NCBI GenBank assembly: GCA_951406725.2
Contig: OX597827.1
Location: 27,528,001 to 27,592,000 of the forward strand
Direction of reading: 5' to 3'
From: Octopus vulgaris
Lineage: Eukaryota
DNA: 64,000 nt
The notes under the pieces were generated by a model. That model was given only the letters and a program-made list of their open reading frames with translations, made no database searches and had not been told where the DNA came from. Shown in pieces: positions 56,861-64,000 of this stretch (positions are counted from its first letter, which is position 1; each line of letters opens with the position of its first letter). Both the position numbers and the translations under genes were made by a program.

Positions 56861-58301
56861 TAATGAAGGAAAAAATAAGGAAGGAATACTATAGGAGAAT
56901 AAGGCTTGTACTGAAGACTGAACTCAACTCCAAAAATTGCATTGAGGCCATTAACACTCTGGCACTTCCAGTAGTCCAGTACAGTTTTAACATCATTAAC
57001 TGGAACCTTACGGAACTCCAACGCTTGGACAGGAAGACAAGAAAGTTACTGACATCCAAGAGCATGCACCACCCTAAGGCAGATGTAGACCGCTTGTACC
57101 TACCTAGAAGCAGCGTGGGGAGAGGAATGATGCAATTAGAGCTGTGCTATAAGACTTCTACTGTAGGAATGAACAGGTACCTATCTAGTACAAAGGACTG
57201 GATGCTGCGACTTGTGTGCGAACACGAAAGCAGCAAAAAGCTACATTCTATTGTCAAGGAAGCTTATAAGTTCGAAAGGGAACTAGACATTAACCTTGAA
57301 TCAGATGAAGAGCCGGAAACCACTGCTACCAAGCAAGCAAAGCGAATCAAACAGACTGCAAAAAAGAACGAGCAGAATCAAATTGAGAGGCGGTGGAGCC
57401 AGAAACCCCTGCATGGACAATATATTCTCCGAAGCCAAAATGCTGATGTAGACCAAGCAACAACCCATCAGTGGCTGAAGAGCTCTGGATTGAAAGCAGA
57501 GACTGAAGGTTTCATAATGGCAGCACAAGATCAAAGCTTGTTTACCAGAAATTACCAGGCTAACGTTCTCCGAAACGGTACTGACCCTAAATGCAGATTC
57601 TGCGACACATTTGACGAAACGATAGACCATCTCGTTTCGGGATGTCTTGTGCTGACACCAAACGAATACAAAAATCGCCACGATAGGGTAGGACAGTATA
57701 TACATTGGAAGATATGTAAACACTACAAATCCGACACTCCTGCTAACTGGTATGAACACCATCCTCAGCCAGTTGTTGAAGGTAAAGATGTCACCATCCT
57801 CTGGGATTTTCCAGTCAACACTGACAGAACGATCAAGGCTAATCGACCAGACATAATTGTTAAAGACAGGGAAGAAAATACCTGCAGACTAATAGAAGTA
57901 AGCGTCCCCACTGATAAAAATGTATCTGTCAAGGAATTTGACAAACTTAGTAAATATAAGGACCTGGAAATCGAAATACAGAGGATGTGGAATCTTAAAA
58001 CAAAAACTGTTCCTGTTATTGTAGGTGCCCTAGGTATGATAAAAAAGGGATGTCAGAAACACCTAGACAATATCCCTGGAAAACCATGTCTCAAGGAAAT
58101 CCAAAAGATTGTGCTAACAAGTACTGCCCACATCCTTAGAAAAACCCTATCAATGTAAATGTTTGTGTTTGCATTACATGGAGATATATCTCCCCAAGCT
58201 TTCAGCTATATTTCAACAACTCTTAACCTTCACTTGCCCTAGGGCGCTGGGTGTGCCCCGGCAGGTGATTGTATCAAACATGCAGATTAAAAGTAAATGA
58301 C
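56857..58301 (+). mobile_element. R4/Dong-type non-LTR retrotransposon, 5' truncated, inserted in (TAA)n; ORF 56863-58158 open
   Basis: AINTLALPVVQYSF; LDRKTRK; HHPKADVDRLYLPR; GLKAETEGFIMAAQDQ; CCHC knuckle CRFC..ETIDHLVSGC; RHD; RLE motif RPDIIV..IEVSVP..KLSKYKDL; (TAA)n on both flanks. Confidence 0.92.
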
Positions 58302-58467
<166 letters not shown>

Positions 58468-58469
58468 CA

Positions 58470-58860
58470 TTCTACTATCTGCACAAGGCCTACAATTTTG
58501 TGGCGAGGGGCTAGTCGATTACAGTGACAGCAGTACTCTATTGATACTAAATTCATCGAACGATGACATCGGTGGTATTTGAACTCAGAATGGAATGACG
58601 GAGTAATTGCCGTTAAGCATTTTGTCCGGAGTGATAACTATACTGCCAGTTCAGTAATAATGATTTCAAATTTTGGCACAAGGCCAGCAATTTCGGGGCA
58701 GGGGGAAGTCGATTACATCAACCCCAATGCTCAACTGGTACTTATTTTATCGGCCCTAAAAGAATGAAAAGCAAAGTCGACCTTGGCGGAATTTGAACCT
58801 CGAACGTAAATTCGGAAGAAATACCGCTAAACATTTTATCCGGCGTGCTACAGATTCCGA
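58470..58860 (-). mobile_element. Two decayed family B SINE copies
   Basis: Reverse-complement homology to 35502 at about 58470-58650 and 58665-58860. Confidence 0.68.
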
Positions 58861-59116
58861 CAACTAAATTGTAATGAGCCATATTTTTGTCGATACGTTA
58901 GTGTTCAAATATTAATTATTAATTTGGCTAATTCTAGAAATGAGCTGGTGTATTAGACGTTTGTGAATTTGATTGAAGAAAAACGTCTAAATTAGAAACA
59001 GCTTCTAATTGCGACAACAAACTCATAAAGGATACGAGAAAAGATAACGAGAATGTAATACGAGTGTGTGTGTGTGTGTGTGAGTGTGTGTGTGGGTGGG
59101 TGCGCGAGAGAGTTGT

Positions 59117-59154
<38 letters not shown>

Positions 59155-59155
59155 C

Positions 59156-59211
<56 letters not shown>

Positions 59212-59438
59212 CAGCAGCAGTGGTCGCAGTAGATACTGAAGGAGATACTGAAGGAGATACGTAAATGCACAAAAATACACACACGTACATGTAAGCACGC
59301 ACGCACACACTCACATATATAATGAAAGTACCTATTTTACTATACATACATGTATGTGTACATGTGTGTATATATGTACGTATGTATGTTTGTGTTTCTG
59401 AGTACACATACACACACATATATATGTATATGCATGTA

Positions 59439-59496
<58 letters not shown>

Positions 59497-59498
59497 CA

Positions 59499-59568
<70 letters not shown>

Positions 59569-59828
59569 AAGCTTTGCGATATCCTTGCTGTTAAGATCAA
59601 CCGTTTATCGAAATAGGCGTTTTGTTATACACACTGCAGCATATTACCTGGGTAATATATATATAACATAGGTGATAATACATCAATGAGAAGACCATTT
59701 ATTTCTAGTAAGAAAATATAAATACCGACGGGACTTGAACAAATAAACGCGCTACCAACTCACTTCACAAAGAACTCTCACTCCCCCTCTCATGAACCTA
59801 TCTATCTATTTGTCTGTCTGCCTGTCTG

Positions 59829-59918
<90 letters not shown>

Positions 59919-59920
59919 AT

Positions 59921-60100
59921 CGCTAGCCACTACACATTCTTTATTTTATCTCCCTGTTTCTTTCCGTGTTCCTTTCTGTGGAAGAGCGTAGGCTCGAAAC
60001 GTTAAAGACTTTTTCACTTCCCCGAGCGTTATACTAATACTTCTGTTTGTTGTCTACACCACCTGTCTTCGTCTTTTGTTTTTTGTGAATTTTCCCCCAC
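59921..60100 (+). mobile_element. Solo PLE pLTR-like fragment with variant minimal hammerhead (CUGUGGA)
   Basis: CUUU-CUGUGGA-A-GAGC(guag)GCUC-GAAA-CGUU-AAAG; homologous to 31830 and 53130. Confidence 0.62.
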
Positions 60101-60102
60101 AC

Positions 60103-60138
<36 letters not shown>

Positions 60139-60140
<2 letters not shown>

Positions 60141-60308
60141 AGGCGCAATGGTGATCCCTGCTGTACTCTTTCTCTCACTCTTTCTTCTGTTGGCCTGCTC
60201 GCTTAGCCAGCGGGATGGCGTCATTCGAAGGCTAAAACAATGCGAACGCATTGTGACCGGCGATGTGTAACAACATCTGATGGTCTGGTCGGTCACGTGA
60301 TCACGTGA
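60139..60308 (+). mobile_element. Family C SINE lacking most of its tRNA head
   Basis: Matches the reverse complement of 1421-1580, but GGCGCAATGG is joined directly to TGATCC. Confidence 0.8.
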
Positions 60309-60494
60309 TATATATATATATATTTATATATATGAGAATTACTTAATGCAGTTTTTGAAGTCTAAATGTGATCTTTTAAAAAAAAATCGTGTTTTTTTTT
60401 TAATGTTATGAAATCTTTTATGAGGATGTTACTAACCTTTTTTTGAGAAGCTTTTTTCTGGTGTGTGAGCGCTTTCATTAAACCTTGAATGGGC

Positions 60495-60630
60495 GTGTGT
60501 AGACAATAAACACAAAACGAAGACAATAAGAGAGATACATCTTTCAACAAATGTATTAGTTTAACGTTTAAAAAGAATGGAAAGATAGTTGGTGTTTCGG
60601 ACGCAAATTCTTCATCAGAAAAGAAGAATG
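60495..60630 (-). mobile_element. Decayed PLE pLTR-like fragment with CUGAUGA...CGAAAC
   Basis: Minus strand ttttCTGATGAagaatttgcgtccGAAAcacc...cgttaaactaatac...tgtcttcgt parallels 59971-60075. Confidence 0.5.
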
Positions 60631-62171
60631 AGAAAAGATGTCGGAAAAACGACGATAAAGAATAGTTGGAATATGGGTTAGGGTCCAGATGAGAATACGG
60701 TTTTGATAAAGTGAGCTTGGAATGGAGTATTCACATATAATAGCTTATCTTTGGATAGAGATTGATGTGAGGGACGTGTATTTGATTGTATGGTGAGCGA
60801 GAGTTTCTAGGAGAATGTAAAGGTATGTAGAGGTGTGCATTATGTCAGTGGGGTGACGCGTGATGATGGGCTTGTGGGAGGATCGTGTCTAGGTGTAATC
60901 GTTTTCTATGTGAAAGGTAAACCTGGAGGAGAGGACGATGTGGCAGGTGGAAGGGAAGGTAAAAAGAGAACAAGAAACTACTACTAAAATTATTCGGTAG
61001 ATTTAGTTTTGAGTATCAGTTACTCAAATTTCTTGAAATGAAATCACTCTAAAGTCGATGTTTCCATTCACTTCTCCGGGTTCGACAAAATGCTGTATCA
61101 ACGAAGCACTAGGGTTGAGATGATCGATTTGTCTTCTGACTATAAAATTTCAAGCCTTCAGTGTATATTGGTTTCGGATTTTGGCACAAGACTAGTGGTT
61201 TCGGGGAACGGGTAAGCCGATTACATTGACGCCAGTGCATAACTGGTACTTATTTTATCGACTCCAAAAGGATGAAAAGCACAGACACCTAGGTCGACTT
61301 TGCCTTTCAAGCACTGGAGCTAATGTAATCGGCTTAAATCTGCCCCCGAAATTGCTGGCCTTGTGCCAAAGTTTCAAGCTCTTTTTTTATATTGGAAAAA
61401 CCTATGTACGGGGAATGCAATGACAAAATGGAGTAGAAGCTTGACATAGAAAATTAGTGGACATCGGATAATATGGTATCCTTTAGCTTTTACCTTTTTC
61501 TTGTTTCAGTTATTTGACTGAGGCCATGTTGGAGCAACACCTTGACGGACGGGACAAGTCAACCTCAGTACTTATTCTCTGAAGCCTGGTTCTTATTCTA
61601 TCGGTGTCTTTTATCGGTCCGTCGCAGGATTAGTAATTGTTGCCAAATGAATGAGAGGGAGCAACGTGAAATGATGTATTTTGCTCAACAACACAACACG
61701 TCACCGGATCCAAGAATCAAACCCACTCTGTTAGGTGTCACACCCTGACCATTACCCCGCTTACTTCCACACTCATACACACACACACAAACATACACAA
61801 ACACACACACAAACACATGTACACACACGTGAACATACACACACAAGCACACACACATAGACACACACACAAACACCCAGCCACAAGCACACACACACAG
61901 ATAAACAAACACACAGGCATATACACATACACACACACACACATAACCAAACACACAGGCATACACACAAATACACACACACACACACACACGGTATACC
62001 GAGATACGTGTTGACGCGTCACTAGTACATCATTGTAGCAACTTAACTTGAGCCTATTAATTCAAGGGGGCAAAAAAGCACAGATGGTGCTTCGGTGTAG
62101 TGGTTAGCATTGCTTGTACAGTTCGTAGCCGGCGCGGCGTTTGGAGCCCGCAAGTGACGTCGTAACTTTCG

Positions 62172-62229
<58 letters not shown>

Positions 62230-62658
62230 CGTTGTATGCGTTTCATAAAAGCAATTTTTATGTGTTGGATGTTTACAAATATATTTTCGCCAGTAATTAG
62301 ATCTATAGAGAATTCTTTACTACTTTTAAGGTTTTTCTCAAAGAAATTTGTTGTTCTCTTTCTTGGTTTATAGTTTTTGACCATTGAATTTATTTATTCA
62401 TTTATTCATATATTTTGTTGATTCATATTAATTTTGGATTATTGGAAGAATTAAAAGAGAGTGTGGCTACAGGAACGGTGTCTTGATGTTAACGCTTAAA
62501 CCGTTGAAGAATGGTGGTTCTGTATGTATGTATGTATGTATGTATGTATGTATGTATGTATGTATGTATGTATGTATGTATGTGTATGTATGTATGTTTG
62601 TATATATGTAAGTATGTATGCATTTATGTAAGTATGTATGTGTATGTATGTATGTATG

Positions 62659-62710
<52 letters not shown>

Positions 62711-62740
62711 TGTATTCATGCATGCATTTCTGTATGTATG

Positions 62741-62794
<54 letters not shown>

Positions 62795-63039
62795 ATTTTT
62801 AATTATATCAGAGGGAAATGGAAATTAATTAAAATTTACATTTCCAGTGGTTTAACGTGTAAAAATTTAGTCCAAAAGACTATGTATTAGTCATACGATA
62901 TAGTGTACATGTAAACAAATAAGGAATCCACTCACGGGATTCAACATGCTAGAGAGAACAGCTAGGTTCTATAACCACAAAATTATGGATAATATTCGGC
63001 AGGAACGAAATGAAAAATAAAAACATTTTACCATCTAGT

Positions 63040-63126
63040 TTCCTGGACCAATTGGTTTCTGATTTTAGTTTAGCGAGTACATGAATAACATATATACTCG
63101 CCAGGTGCAATCGTCTTCAGCAGGAA
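63040..63126 (-). ncRNA. Type I hammerhead ribozyme with extended stem II
   Basis: UUCCUG-CUGAAGA-cGAUU..UGGCGAGUAUAU/AUGUACUCGCUA..AAUCa-GAAA-CCAAUUGG-UC/CAGGAA: 6-bp stem I, palindromic stem III, GUC triplet. Confidence 0.82.
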
Positions 63127-63186
63127 CACCTAGGGTTAAACGTATACACACGAGATGATCAAACTACGTGCCCCTTGCTTACACAT

Positions 63187-63250
<64 letters not shown>

Positions 63251-63271
63251 TTTGCATACATACATACACAG

Positions 63272-63307
<36 letters not shown>

Positions 63308-64000
63308 TATATTATATTATATTGTATATACACACATGCATATATACTCTCATATACAGGCATATATTGATTAGAACACCAATTATTCACAACCAAGCGC
63401 TGTTTACAAATCGAATATAATTTTAAAAGAGAATAAATAAGAAACAAAGAAAAAATGACAAAACTCTTACATCACAGAAACCATTTTGAAAATTTATTAT
63501 TGTCTACTTCTTGCTGCTGCTGCTGCTGTAGTTGCTGTTTCTCCGCCTACTCCACCCTCACGTCTGGTCTGAGCTAAGGCAACCTGTTTCATCAATGCAC
63601 GGCTTGTAATGGATTATGGCCATCGACTGTTTTTTTAAAGACATTAGCTTAGGATTTGAAGGATGTTTGTCTTGTAAAGTAACGTAGGTTGAGGGTACGT
63701 GTTGAGACAACGTCGTTTGTTCATTTTTACATTTTATCGAAAAATATTGATAGTGTGGTTTGAGAAGAGATAGAAAGAGGTAGAGAAAGAGAAAGAGAAG
63801 GTGGGAGAGAGAGAGAGAGACAAAGAGAAAAAGGGGGAGATTTGGTAGCTGTTTCTTGAAAAATTGAGCGATCACATAGTGATCCTATTTTCACCAGTGT
63901 TTTCATTTTAAAGGAATTTTGGTATAGCTTGAGGGAATTTTGGACACCATTTCTCGTAGGCCTAATGCAGGTATCGGAGAACTTTCTTAACCAATTACCT

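Noticed and set aside
62088-62140. tRNA-like GGTGTAGTGGTTAGCA...GTTCGTAGCC
   Set aside because: Spacing is too short and there is no acceptor or anticodon stem; not a tRNA gene.

Overview
Animal (eukaryotic) genomic DNA. It is probably a cephalopod, most likely Octopus, inferred from the tRNA-derived SINE families and the extreme (TA)n/(CA)n/(AAT)n/(GATA)n density. I can support no host gene: nearly all ORFs in the track are translated microsatellites. The window is a mobile-element graveyard. It holds an RTE LINE, two CR1-type LINEs, an R4/Dong-type RLE element sitting in (TAA)n, piggyBac, Tc1/mariner, hAT-MITE and Helitron remnants, many SINEs, and two Penelope-like elements (PLEs). The standout structure is a 6.6-kb head-to-head palindrome of a GIY-YIG PLE (arms 38651-41809 and 42062-45220, no net indel, one visible mismatch). 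Each arm carries a complete type I hammerhead ribozyme (HHR) with a very long branched stem II. Further hammerheads of different sequence, mostly with self-complementary stem III, occur in short non-coding islands, several of them inside (TA)n. These include a 481-nt terminally redundant, ORF-less retrozyme-like unit and a 57-bp miniature of the same head-to-head palindrome. All structures were read by eye; no folding, alignment or database search was run.
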